Shown here: in pieces, positions 1 to 12,225 of the stretch
Layout of the letters: each line of letters starts with the position of its first letter
How positions within the stretch are numbered: the stretch's first letter is position 1
NCBI RefSeq assembly: GCF_001194135.2
Contig: NC_069001.1
Span: forward strand, 12,351,931 to 12,389,101
DNA: 37,171 bases
Reading direction: 5' to 3'
From: Octopus bimaculoides
Lineage: Eukaryota
Notes under the pieces: generated by a model
Seen by the model: only the letters and a program-made list of their open reading frames with translations
Database searches by the model: none
What the model was told of the DNA's origin: nothing
Translations under genes and position numbers: made by a program

Positions 1-33
<33 letters not shown>

Positions 34-454
34 GTATACATTCATATACATACATATATATATTCTTTACTGAAGATAGCATAATGAATTTAAAGTTATT
101 TAATTCCATATTCGATTTTTTTTTCTGTAATTCATAGATTTAGAATACGAAATTTCTTTTACATCTATATTTCTCTAATTAACTCACAAATTAATTACGT
201 AAACTAATATAGGACTTCATTTAACATTTTCATTTACTTCGTTGTCGAACAACTTTTTCTTTTTTTTAGTTATACATTTATTTATTAATATATTTATATA
301 TTTTTGTACTATTTGCCCATAGAGCATGAAAGCGACATTGGAAAAATGGTTTCGAATTATGTCCATCTTGCCTTCCATAAATTTCTCTACTACTCGGAGC
401 TGGCAGCTAGACTTTATAATTGAGTTCAAAGAAGAGAAAATCTAAAATTTCGTG

Positions 455-670
455 TCAACAAATTGTTGCCTCTGTTTCGCTGTTGTTATTACAATTATTA
501 TTATTATCATTATTATTGCTGTTGTTTTTGTTGTTAATATGAATATTTTCATCATCATCAATATTTTCATTTTCATTATTTTTATCTTCATCATTACCAT
601 TATTATTATTTTTGTTGTTGTTATTATTATTATTATTATTACTATCATCGTCATTTAGCTCCAGGGCAGC
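455..670 (-). CDS. Possible terminal coding exon, Asn/Asp-rich (AALELNDDDSNNN...SETEATIC*)
   Basis: Minus-strand acceptor tctgctctttcag|G at 672/671 is in phase 0 with an open frame to a stop at 455-457. The body is mostly AAT/GAT repeat, so it may be a plain microsatellite. Confidence 0.25.
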   Translation of the reverse strand, partial: AALELNDDDSNNNNNNNNNKNNNNGNDEDKNNENENIDDDENIHINNKNNSNNNDNNNNCNNNSETEATIC

Positions 671-1309
671 CTGAAAGAGCAGACGTACAATCAAAAGCAC
701 TCCAACTGTAGCCTTCCTGTCTTTTATTCCAAATTCAAATGAAAAAAACAAATACTGAAACGATGGAATCACAAAGAGAAACGGATACAAGGTCAGAAGA
801 GAAAATAAAGAAAGAACAAAAGAAAAACGAGAGAGAGAGAGGTGAGGGAGAGACAAAGAGAAAGCTAAAGTGAAAGTAGAGCTTTGTGTGCGCGTGTGTA
901 GTTTGTGTGTTCAAAAGATATAAAGAGATAAGACGTCAAAGAACTCTAAAGACAATGAGCAAATCGAGGAGGAGGGGTTATACGTAAGATAAAAGAACTA
1001 AGCGGGATCCTGTGATATATTTAGTACGAAGCTTTACCAATTTCATCAATCATCTCTTTTGTATCGATAGCCATCATTATCTGATTGATTTGTGCGATTT
1101 AAAATGTCTTCGATGAATGTTCTAAAAATATCACATGTTCTCAGTTGTTGATTGGAAGAAGATACGCAATGCACTACAATAACGATGGGTGTATTTCATA
1201 TTTTCTTTCATTATTTTATTGTTTTCCGGCTTGTAATACTAACCTCGTAATATGTGAGTGATTGTGCGCTGGTGCGTGAGTACGTACATTTGTGTGTGCA
1301 TGTGTGTTT

Positions 1310-1440
1310 GTAGGTGAGAGAGAGAAAGAGAGTGTGAGTGTGTGAGTGTGTATGTGAGTGTGAGAGAGAAAGAAAACGTGCGTGAGAGAGAATGAGCGTG
1401 TTATACATACATACATACATACATACATACATACACACAC

Positions 1441-1514
<74 letters not shown>

Positions 1515-1865
1515 AGAGAGAAGGAGAGAGAGAACGTAAGTGTGAGAGAGAGTGTGTGTGAGTAAAAGATAGTGTCCGAGAGAGAGAAAAACTGTGTATG
1601 ACAATGGGAGAGGGAGTGTGCGTGTGAGTGCATGTGTGTATGAGTGTATGTGTGTATGAGTGTACGTGTCTGTACGTGCATGCGAATGCATGTGTGTATG
1701 TGTGTCTTTATAAGTACATGCATGTATAAATGTGTGTACGTGCAACTGATGTCTGTAATAGTGTATATACACATATGCCTGTGTGAGAGAGAGAATGCAT
1801 ATATATGTATATGAGGGCGCCTGTACATGTATGCGTGAGTATGTGTGTATGTTAGTGTGTGTGAG
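1310..1865. repeat. Compound (GA)n/(TG)n/(TACA)n/(TA)n microsatellite block
   Basis: Directly visible di- and tetranucleotide arrays; explains the HT/YI-rich pseudo-ORFs. Confidence 0.95.
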
Positions 1866-2009
1866 AGGGAAAGAGATCTCCAACGTATCCAATCAAATGA
1901 TTGGACACGATTTTGTTTAGTGACTTTATTTTTATATTTATGTTTATTTTCTTCTAATTTTTCGTTGAAAATTTGGCAGAAACTCATTATCAGTGTTCAG
2001 ATCATATTA

Positions 2010-2385
2010 AGCGAATGAAAGAATGAATGAATGAATGAATAAATGAATGGAAGGAAGGAAGGAAGAAAAAGGAAGGAAGTGGGGGAGGAAGGAAGGAAAA
2101 AGAAAGGAAGAAGGAAAGAAATAAAGGAAAATGTAGAAAGAAAAGATACATGAAAATGAATAAAGAAAGAAAAAACTTAAAGTGAACGAAATAATTGAAG
2201 AAATAGAAAGGAAAGAAACAAAGAAAGAAACGAGAAAGAAAGAAAGAAAAAAAGAAGAGAGAAAGAACGAAGGAAAGAAAGAAAGAAACAAACAAACAAA
2301 CAAACACACAAACAAAGAATGAAAGAAAGAAAGAGGGAAAGGTAAGAGGAACGTGAAAAGAGAAAAATGAAAGAGAAGTTTCTGA
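2010..2385. repeat. Purine-rich (GAAT)n/(GGAA)n/(GAAA)n low-complexity tract
   Basis: Near-pure A/G strand with tetranucleotide units. Confidence 0.9.
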
Positions 2386-2454
2386 TTTAGGTAAGAAGCA
2401 TGAGATTTTGAGGGGAGGCGGGTAGATGGTAGCAGCATTCCTGGTGTGTAGCTT

Positions 2455-3178
2455 ATCTCTTGTTATCGACCGCGGAAGGATAGATGGCTAAGTCCAGCTG
2501 AGTACGATTTGAACTCGTAATATAAAAAGACTGAAAGAAACGTCGGTGAGCATTTTGTCCGATGAGCTAAACTTTCTACTATTTCTCCGCATTTATGATA
2601 ATGGTGATGATGGTGATCAGAATAGTAGTTTATCCACATCGATAAACTAAGTACCAGTTACGTACTGGGGCGATCTGATCGTCTAGCTTCCCTCCCTTGT
2701 ACCTAGAGTAGAATAGAATAATAACAGATCCCCCCGTCGAAGATCACGTATGGGTGTTCAGTGTTGGCTGAATAACCTGCACAAATGATTCCTTTAGAGT
2801 GATCAACTGTACGTGTACACCACTTCTCATCGTACCGATATTCCCCAGTGGTGCACAAATCAGATGTCGAAAATAACTATTTCTATTATAGACACTATAA
2901 TACTGCCAAGCATCTTGTCCGGCTTGCTAATAATTCCGCCATCTCACTGATTAATATTGATTTCAAATTTTGGCTCAAGGCCAGCAATTTCGAGTGATGA
3001 GGTAGGTGGATCACATGGGCCTCAGTGCTCCACTGGCAGTAATAGATCACATAAAAAATGAAAGGCAAAGCCAACTTCGACAGAATTTGAAATGAGGAGA
3101 ACTCAGTCGGAAGAAATGACTAAGCATTTTGTCCGACTTGGTAACAATTCTACCAGCTAGCCGTTTTATCTCGCTGCC

Positions 3179-3180
<2 letters not shown>
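2455..3180. mobile_element. Cluster of degraded family-B tRNA-SINE fragments, mostly minus strand
   Basis: Motifs shared with better copies: atgaaaggcaaag, gaatttgaa, taagcattttgtccg, taagtaccagtt, ccttgtacctagagtaga. Confidence 0.7.
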
Positions 3181-3216
<36 letters not shown>

Positions 3217-3764
3217 GCAGCAGCAACAACAAAAACAACAAGAGTGAAGGCTAAAATGTAGAAATCAAATATGGCAGGAAAAAATCATTAAAAGAAATGC
3301 AATATATTTGATCGAAAGTGAAAGTAAGTTGGCGGAGATAATGAGAGAGGTTAATCGTAGAGGAGTACAAAGATATCAGAAGACTTAATATGAGATAGCG
3401 ATGACAAAAGTGAGGAAGGTAGAAAGAAGGAAGAAAAGAAGGAAGGAAAGAAAGAAGGAAAGGAAGAAAGAAAGAAAGGAAGGAAGAAAAAAACGTACGT
3501 GAAGTATTAATAAATAGATTATTTTGTTTTTATTTATTGAAAATAAAATTTCAGACAGACAAAAATTGAGATGAGTGAAAATTGAAAAATAAAAGATATG
3601 AAGATGATGATTGTGAGGACATAAATTTAATTTTCGGCGATAAAACTCTTAAGATTTATTCTTAAATATAATCGCGATTGGAAAAAGGAGACTAATCTCT
3701 TGATCCAATGAAGGGTCGAAATTGGCAGAATCGTAGCATAAATAACTAACTAAATACTGACCAA

Positions 3765-3828
<64 letters not shown>

Positions 3829-3888
3829 TGATAGTCATGATAATAATAAACATAATGATAATAATAAATAATAATAGTAATAATAATG

Positions 3889-3919
<31 letters not shown>

Positions 3920-3925
3920 TAATGT
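3765..3925. repeat. (AAT)n microsatellite
   Basis: Long AAT array with GAT variants. Confidence 0.95.
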
Positions 3926-3994
3926 ATAAAAGACAAGACAAACAGCTTATCGGTATTTAAGACTGTCTATTATTTTTGTGTCGAGACATTATTA

Positions 3995-4725
3995 ATGAGT
4001 GTTGATGTTGGTGGATGGTGGTGGTGCTATTGGTCGTGGTGTGGTAGTGGTTTTGTTGTTGTTGTGGTTGACGGTGGTGGTGGTCGTGGTGTTGTTGATG
4101 GTGGTCGTGTTCTTGGTGATGGTGTTAGTTGGGGTTGTAAAGACTATTATGGTGTAGGTGGAAGTGGTGGTGTTGCTAGTGATGGTGTTGTTAATCCTGG
4201 TGTCTATGGTGATGGTTGTGGTAGTGGTGGTGGTGGTGGTGGTGGTAGTGGTGGTGGTGGTGGTGGTGGTGGTAAAGACTGTCGAGACTGTGGTAGTTGG
4301 AGTGGTGGTCGTATTTGCTGTNNNNNNNNNNNNNNNNNNNNNNNNNNNNNNNNNNNNNNNNNNNNNNNNNNNNNNNNNNNNNNNNNNNNNNNNNNNNNNN
4401 NNNNNNNNNNNNNNNNNNNNNNNNNNNNNNNNNNNNNNNNNNNNNNNNNNNNNNNNNNNNNNNNNNNNNNNNNNNNNNNNNNNNNNNNNNNNNNNNNNNN
4501 NNNNNNNNNNNNNNNNNNNNNNNNNNNNNNNNNNNNNNNNNNNNNNNNNNNNNNNNNNNNNNNNNNNNNNNNNNNNNNNNNNNNNNNNNNNNNNNNNNNN
4601 NNNNNNNNNNNNNNNNNNNNNNNNNNNNNNNNNNNNNNNNNNNNNNNNNNNNNNNNNNNNNNNNNNNNNNNNNNNNNNNNNNNNNNNNNNNNNNNNNNNN
4701 NNNTGGTGGCGGTGGTGGTGGTAAA
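3995..4725. repeat. (GGT)n/(GTT)n-rich tract spanning an assembly gap (4322-4703)
   Basis: GGT repeats on both sides of the N run; source of the Gly/Val pseudo-ORFs. Confidence 0.9.
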
Positions 4726-4869
4726 TATTAAGAAATTGAACAGAAACGAACTAAAATATGTAACAAATGCTTGAGAGATAACGCAAAAGAAAATAAAGAA
4801 AGAGTGAAGAAAAGATTAATTGCTTTAAAATTACCGATGAATTTATTTACTACACATTTCCTTGTTTGA

Positions 4870-5560
4870 TAAAACATTCGTCTCTAAATTTCTTGGTTGG
4901 CACGGGAAATCCAGCACCTCTTGCCATATTCAAAGTATCTGACATTTGTTTTGAGGATTGAGGGAGTTTATCTTCAGCTTGGAGACCGTAGTCACACAAT
5001 GGATATCTGCCCCATGACTATTTTATGTCTCTTCAAGATTGGTATGTTGAAGCGACGAGTTTATATTAAGCTTCAAGATTTTTTTCGATTTGTTTCTGAA
5101 GAAGCCCACATTCTCTGAGCCTTTTCAGACTTTTCGACATTGTTTCGAAGATGCGAGGGATGTATTCTCATCCTAGGGACCTAAGCTGAATATCTGTACA
5201 AAAAGTGAACTTGGTAAAGAGATGTGAAAAGTGCCAGAAGTAATATCAAAGACAGCGAAAATATTGTTCCCGCTTGATTTGGCCAGGTGTAGGGACAATA
5301 GGGAACTCCATACTGTTCGAAGGTAATAGTGTTATGTTTTAATGCCAAGGGAAGTAAATTTGAAGTAGTCATTGTCATAACGTTGGCGTTTCACCGTTGC
5401 CCTCAGAACAACCGATATCTTTTCTTTAAGAATAAGTTTGAAAGGTAAGTCCACAGAGGGGAGTTACAAATAGATATCTCCTGGCGGTTTATACGCCGAA
5501 GTCTCAGAAATACAAGTGACTTAAAAATTGTCAGGAATCAATCAAAAGAGTAAAATTGGA
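4870..5560 (-). mobile_element. Highly degraded transposon remnant (hAT/Buster-like N-terminus or Penelope-like repeat)
   Basis: Minus frame reads VKRQRYDNDYFKF, similar to the Buster/Charlie KRKYDEDYLxF motif, and later GFFRNKSKKILKL. It has several stops and frameshifts, and also degenerate GA..GA / GAAAC..UGUC motifs. Confidence 0.3.
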
Positions 5561-5947
5561 TTCGATGGTGACTGAGACAAAACTGGAAGCATCACGAAAC
5601 CAAACCAACGACGATAATCACAAAACCCTTCAGGTCTGCCAATATTTAAACAGATAAGATCGTATTCCCAAGACATTAGACAACTACAATCAGTACAAAA
5701 CATTTTAGGCATTACATAATCCATTTATAGTAATTCACAAGGACACATTAGGTGGATAAACCGTATTGATAGATTTTCGACGTAAGGAGTTATTTTCATT
5801 ATTAGAAGTGATTTGTGGTAGAAAAGAGCATATAGGAAGTTATTCGTTTTCTGTTTCAAATTCAACCTCATCATTCTTAATACCAATTTAGATTTGGCGA
5901 AAATTTATTCTCCTTTGTATAACGACATCTAGCATCAGTAGAAATAT

Positions 5948-6322
5948 AGTTGTTGGCACTCTGTCGCTTACGACGTCGAGGGTTCCAGTTGATCCGATCA
6001 ACGGAACAGCCTGCTCGTGAAATTAACGTGCAAGTGGCTGAGCACTCCACAGACACGTGTACCCTTAACGTAGTTCTCGGGGATATTCAGCGTGACACAG
6101 TGTGACAAGGCTGACCCTTTGAATTACAGGCACAACAGAAACAAGAAGTGAGAGAAAGTTGTGGTGAGAGAGTACAGCAGGGTTCGCCACCATCCCCTGC
6201 CGGAGCCTGGTGGAACTTTAGGTGTTTTCGCTCAATAAACACTCTCAACACCCGGTCTGGGAATCGAATTCGCGATCCTATGACCGCGAGTACATTGCCC
6301 TAACCAGTAGGCCATTGCACCA
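5948..6322 (-). mobile_element. Family-C tRNA-derived SINE, near full length
   Basis: Minus strand starts with a tRNA-like head (A box tggcctactggtt, B box gaattcgattccc), has a GC-rich well-preserved body and ends in ...gagtgccaacaac. Confidence 0.75.
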
Positions 6323-6649
6323 CCACAGAGATATAGTAAGGTGCATAAATATCAGTTCATCTCGATTTTTGTAAGCACTTATTTTCCATTAAAACTTTTT
6401 CTACATTTGATGGGTATCAGACAGAATGATGTCGTTGATGATGTAAACGAGATTTGTCTAGACGCTGTCTTGTTCATATCTCAATAAATAGTCATCTGAT
6501 ACAACAGACAAGCATTCTTATGGTTGCCCGGGGATGGTAGCAAGAAGAGAGGCCATTATCACAAACTAGTATGCAAGCTCAGATAATGGGAACAGAATAA
6601 ACACCATGATGGTGGTGGTAGTGGTGGTGCTAGTTGTGCTGGTGTTGGT

Positions 6650-7055
6650 GGAAGGGGTTAAGTCCATAAGAGCAACCCTCGGTGCTCAACTATTGTTTAT
6701 TCAATCATCGTCTCCGATAGGATGAAAGACAAAGTCGACTACAGAAGAATCGGAACCCAGGACGTAAGTACGGACGAAATTGCACTAAACAGTGGACATA
6801 ACGTTTCTGCCAGCTCGCTATTTTAATCTAGACAGATACTGAGTTCAAATTTTTACCCAAGGCCAGCAATTTTGAAAGAAGTAGAAAAAGTCGATTATAT
6901 CGAACTCAGTGCTCAACGGGTACATATTTTTCGATCTCAAAACGGTGAAGGGCAAAGTAGACCTCAGCCGTATTTGAGCTAAGAATGTAAAGATGGACGA
7001 AATACCGCTAAGCGTTTAGCGCGGTGTGCTAGCAAATCTGACAGCTCGCTGGTTT
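6650..7055 (-). mobile_element. Two tandem family-B SINE copies
   Basis: Each has ggatgaaa/ggtgaagggcaaagt, a B-box complement and ends in ctgccagctcgc/ctgacagctcgc. Confidence 0.8.
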
Positions 7056-7256
7056 TATCTAAACTGTAATTAAAAAAAAATTATGAACATCGCTGAAACG
7101 AAGAAGAATAAAACTTTGTATGTGATTCTGTTTGCTCTTTTCCGTTACATATAATAACATACAACTCACATAAAATAACTACTATTATTTATATTGAAAA
7201 ACTCTCAACGCAAGTCGTCTTTCTAATGTGTTCTTAACAATTATGGTACGGTGGCT

Positions 7257-7474
7257 TACTCTTTTTACTTGTTTCAGTCATTTGACTGCCGCCATGCTGG
7301 AGCACTGCCTTTAGTCGAGCAAATCGATCCCAGGACTTATTCTTTGTAAGCCTAGTACTTATTCTATCGGGTCTCTTTTGCCGCACCGCTAAGTTACGGG
7401 GACGTAAACACACCAGCATCGGTTGTCAAGCGATGTTGGGGGGGACAAACACAGACACACAAACATAACCCCCT

Positions 7475-7511
<37 letters not shown>

Positions 7512-7675
7512 CGACGGGCGTCATTCAGTTTAGGTCTACCAAATCCACTCACAAGGCTTTGATCGGCTCGAGGCTATAGTAGAAGACACTTGCCCAAGGT
7601 GCCACGCAGTGGGACTGAACCCGGAGCCATTTGGTTGGTAAGCAAGCTACTTACCACACAGCCACTCCTACGCCT
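7257..7675 (-). mobile_element. Family-A tRNA-derived SINE, full length, with internal (TA)n
   Basis: Reverse complement closely matches the 14737-15202 copy: head, ccttgggcaagtgtcttctactatagcc body and gactgaaacaagtaaaa tail. Confidence 0.93.
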
Positions 7676-7814
7676 ACACCCATAATCATGAGCTTCTGTA
7701 ATGTTCTTGAAAATGTTTCACGCTGGTAGTAGTTGTCTCAGATCTTAGTATCGTAATTTTCGCCTGTTCAAATCTTGATTCAGATGGCGATTTTATGTGT
7801 CTGTGACTTTGCAG

Positions 7815-8185
7815 CAACACGTTTTCAACCCAGCTACACGCTTCCGATCTCAGTCTCGCTGCATGACACCTTGTCCAAGTGTCTTCTACTACAGCTGTAG
7901 ATTTGATAGAGGGAAACTGAAAGAAGCCCGTCCTATGTGTGTGTATGTATGCATGTTGTGTGTGTGCATGCGCTTCTCCCTCACCATCGCGTGACAATCG
8001 GTGTTGGTATGTTTACGCCCTCGTAACATATCGGTTCCTCAAAAGAGTCGATAGAATAACTACAAAGCTTTTTTAAATAAAAAAAAATTAGTAACGGAAT
8101 CAATCCTTTCAACTAAAAATAATTCAAGGCGGTGCCCCAGCATGGCCGGAGTCTAATAACTGAAACAAATAAAAGATAAAAACAT
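7815..8185 (+). mobile_element. Diverged family-A SINE
   Basis: caagtgtcttctacta, gaaactgaaagaagcccgtc, internal (TG)n, ggcggtgccccagcatggcc, ctgaaacaaataaaag. Confidence 0.8.
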
Positions 8186-8409
8186 TTAATAGAAAGTGAA
8201 TTAACGATGACGTCAGCAAGTATTCAGACCGGAAACTAGAAATCAAACCGATCTCACATTAAAGACAGCCATCTTGAAACAATGTTGAAAATTGACAGCG
8301 TTAGTAGACTGGTGCATAAAGTATTTTAGAAATCTTGTTCCGTTTCCTTTCTGCATTTCATTCTGGAATCGATAAATAGTGACAGTCAGTTACCTGTTCG
8401 CCACTTCTC

Positions 8410-8479
8410 TATCTTTTTCTCTCTCTTTTTCTCTCTCTTTTTCTCTCTCTTTTTCTCTCTCTCTCTTTCGTTATCGTTA

Positions 8480-8515
<36 letters not shown>

Positions 8516-9005
8516 CTATCTGTCTGGCTATCTTTCATTCTATCTATCTCTCATTCTCTCTCTCTATCTCTCTCTAATTCTCTTTCATTCTTCCTCTCTC
8601 TATCTCTCTCTCATTCTCTCTCTCACACACCCTCTCACTCTCACTTACTCTCCCTCTTTCTTTTTCTTTCTCTCTCTCTCTCTCTCTCTCTCTTTCTTAT
8701 CTATCTGTCTGCCTATCTTTCATTCTATCTATCTCTCATTCTCTCTCTTTATCTCTCTCTAATTCTCTTTCACTCTTCCTCTCTCTCTCATTCTCTCTCT
8801 CGCAGACCCTCTCACTCTCTCTTTCACTCTCTCGCTATCGTTCTCTCTCTCTATCTATCTATCTTTCTTATCTATCTTTCTTATCTATCTTTCTTATCTA
8901 TCTGTCTGCCTATCTTTCATTCTATCTCTCTCTCATTCTCTCTCTCACACACCCTCTCACTTTCTCACTTACTCTCTCTCTCTCTATTTCTATCTGTATA
9001 TCTCT
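8410..9005. repeat. (CT)-rich tract with a ~185-197 bp higher-order unit
   Basis: cttatctatctgtctg(g/c)ctatctttcattctatct recurs at about 8511, 8696 and 8893. Confidence 0.85.
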
Positions 9006-10489
9006 CTAGCTAACTAGCTTTCTCTATTTTCCCTTCTGTCTGTGAAACATGAATATATAAATGTGTGTAAGTGTCTGCATGTGTGTGTGTGCGTGCGTGC
9101 GTGGCGTGCATGTGTATTTATGTGTGTGCGTACGCGCGCGTGTGTGTACGTGTGCATGTGCGTGTATGTGTTTACTGCATAATCATGAGTGTTTATAGCG
9201 ACAAAAAAATAGCAGGATCGCAGTAAAAATGTTTACTAATTAAATTTCTGTTCATTCTACTTATATTGAGGCGGAGATTTTTATTTTTAATTTACTTAAT
9301 TGCTTATTTCTTTTTCAATTTTAAATTCAGTCTGAAAAATCAGGTCGTTACTCTGGCGTATGATTCCTGAGATTTCAAAACCAAAATACCACATAACAAA
9401 CATACGGCTTCAGAACTTTGCGTTTCAGCATAAACACACCGATACGATCTGCGGTTTTAAGCAAATGTATGTATAAGCATACTTATTCAAATTTATTTTA
9501 ACATCCAAACTTACAGATTTTACAGAAAATGTTATAAAATGCAAATAAGAGCTTACGAAAGAAAAATAAAAAGCGAAACTGATAGGCAATGCATTGAGTT
9601 ATTCGAATTAGCAATTTTAATATTGAAAATGAATGTATAATAAGTGATATAAATATTATAACTATGCATGTGATGCGATACGTGACAATGTGAAATATAT
9701 ATATATATATATACCTACATAAGATATATATANNNNNNNNNNNNNNNNNNNNNNNNNNNNNNNNNNNNNNNNNNNNNNNNNNNNNNNNNNNNNNNNNNNN
9801 NNNNNNNNNNNNNNNNNNNNNNNNNNNNNNNNNNNNNNNNNNNNNNNNNNNNNNNNNNNNNNNNNNNNNNNNNNNNNNNNNNNNNNNNNNNNNNNNNNNN
9901 NNNNNNNNNNNNNNNNNNNNNNNNNNNNNNNNNNNNNNNNNNNNNNNNNNNNNNNNNNNNNNNNNNNNNNNNNNNNNNNNNNNNNNNNNNNNNNNNNNNN
10001 NNNNNNNNNNNNNNNNNNNNNNNNNNNNNNNNNNNNNNNNNNNNNNNNNNNNNNNNNNNNNNNNNNNNNNNNNNNNNNNNNNNNNNNNNNNNNNNNNNNN
10101 NNNNNNNNNNNNNNNNNNNNNNNNNNNNNNNNNNNNNNNNNNNNNNNNNNNNNNNNNNNNNNNNNNNNNNNNNNNNNNNNNNNNNNNNNNNNNNNNNNNN
10201 NNNNNNNNNNNNNNNNNNNNNNNNNNNNNNNNNNNNNNNNNNNNNNNNNNNNNNNNNNNNNNNNNNNNNNNNNNNNNNNNNNNNNNNNNNNNNNNNNNNN
10301 NNNNNNNNNNNNNNNNNNNNNNNNNNNNNNNNNNNNNNNNNNNNNNNNNNNNNNNNNNNNNNNNNNNNNNNNNNNNNNNNNNNNNNNNNNNNNNNNNNNN
10401 NNNNNNNNNNNNNNNNNNNNNNNNNNNNNNNNNNNNNNNNNNNNNNNNNNNNNNNNNNNNNNNNNNNNNNNNNNNNNNNNNNNNNNNNN

Positions 10490-10524
<35 letters not shown>

Positions 10525-10546
10525 GCATTTGTATATATATATGTGG

Positions 10547-10585
<39 letters not shown>

Positions 10586-10596
10586 CATGTAATATT

Positions 10597-10870
10597 TTAT
10601 TCTTTTACTTGTTTGAGTCATTTGATTGCAGCCATACTGGAGCACTACCTTTGGTCCAGCAAATCGTCCCTAAGACTTATTCTTTGTAAGCCTAGTACTT
10701 ATTCTATCGGTCTCATTTGCCTAACCGCTAATTTACGTGGACGTAAACACACCATCATCGGTTGTCAAGTGGTGTTNNNNNNNNNNTATAGTAGAAGACA
10801 CTTGACCAAGGTGCCACGTAGTGGGACTGAACCCGGTGCCATGTTGTTGGTAAGCAAGCTACTTACCACA
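10597..10870 (-). mobile_element. Family-A SINE interrupted by a 10-N gap
   Basis: Tail (ttttacttgtttgagtcattt...), body (ctagtacttattctatcggtc) and head complement (gtgggactgaaccc...agcaagctacttaccac) are all present. Confidence 0.9.
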
Positions 10871-11025
10871 TGCATAAAAATACACAGATATGCAGCCACA
10901 TAGGTACACATGCACTCACGTATTTTAACGTCAACTTTGACTACTGAAAACAAGGGAAAAGTATACAGGCAACATAATTTTCAATGTGAGCATAATTTTT
11001 ACGTTCGCGCATTAACATATGAGCA

Positions 11026-11029
<4 letters not shown>

Positions 11030-11060
<31 letters not shown>

Positions 11061-11235
11061 TGATAAACATATATATATATTTACACACACATATGTGTGC
11101 GTGTGTGTATAAATATATATATGTGTGTGTGTGTGTATGTGTGTATATGTATATATATATGTACATATATATGTATATATATACACATGCACATATATAT
11201 GTAAATATATATATATACACATATACATATATATG

Positions 11236-11295
<60 letters not shown>

Positions 11296-11312
11296 TATAC
11301 ATATATATATAA

Positions 11313-11347
<35 letters not shown>

Positions 11348-11465
11348 GATTATGATATACATATATATATTTACACACACAAATATATAAGTGTGTGCGT
11401 GTGTGTATAAATATATATATATGTATGTATCTTTGTGTATGTGTATGTGTAGATATGTATGTGTG
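11030..11465. repeat. (TA)n/(CA)n/(TG)n compound microsatellite
   Basis: Directly visible. Confidence 0.95.
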
Positions 11466-12225
11466 TATATGTCGTGGTGTGTGGGGCGGTTTGTATGAAT
11501 TTCTAAATGGAGATATTTCTTATAAGTTCGGTTTCAATGTACCGACATGTTTTACATAAAACTTACTGACGATGACTATTTCAATATATATGTAAATTAA
11601 CTTCAAGAGCATGAATATATCAAACCCACATACGCTCAGAAATACATCATTTGCTTGCGTGTGTATGCGCGTGTGTCATTGTATGCATGCCTTTGTGCGT
11701 AAGTGTATGTATATGCCCATGTATCCACACACACACACACACACACATATACATATACATATATATATATATATATATATGCATATCCATAATTTCTTGA
11801 TAATATATTCTATATTCCATAAGTCTTGCACACAATCTGTGCAGGTCTCTGCGTCTATATTCTTTCCATATGAACGTTGTGTTCATTCATATCAAAAGAT
11901 TTCTCACTGGGTACGCGTTAACGATGGCATATTGGCTGAAGTTTTCTATCGGTCGTACCATTATTAGTATATCTAATATAAACATAATGGAAAAATAAGT
12001 TGATACATGCAAAAATGAAAATTGCCTTAATACGGAATATATATTTCGTATAATTAACAAGATATTTGCAAGGATATAATAAAATTGTATCTAAAGACAT
12101 TTATATATGAAAGTTATCAAAGCTGTTATAATTGTATAGTTCAACGCATGTATGCAATTATGTATGTACGTAATTATGTGGGTATGTGTTTACGTATGTA
12201 TGTGTGTCTATGCATGCATGTATGT

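Noticed and set aside
324-440. Plus-strand acceptor followed by HESDIGKMVSNYVHLAFHKFLYYSELAARLYN*
   Set aside because: Two plus frames and one minus frame are all open, there is no donor and no recognisable homology.
1211-2438. Long ORFs (258, 143, 126 aa)
   Set aside because: They are translations of TG/TA/GA/GAAA microsatellites with no domain content.
3995-4774. Gly-rich 259-aa ORF resembling a glycine-rich structural protein
   Set aside because: About half is N gap and the rest is (GGT)n repeat open in several frames.
9331-9357. Strong acceptor with a short possible exon
   Set aside because: Weak donor, ambiguous frame and no supporting similarity.
9662-10645. ORFs spanning N runs (also near 18.1-18.7, 19.5, 28.3, 30.2 and 31.3 kb)
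   Set aside because: Their length comes from unknown bases and flanking (TA)n.
11845-11960. VVFIHIKRF resembling the USP deubiquitinase HLKRF motif
   Set aside because: The surrounding residues do not fit and the splice sites are weak.
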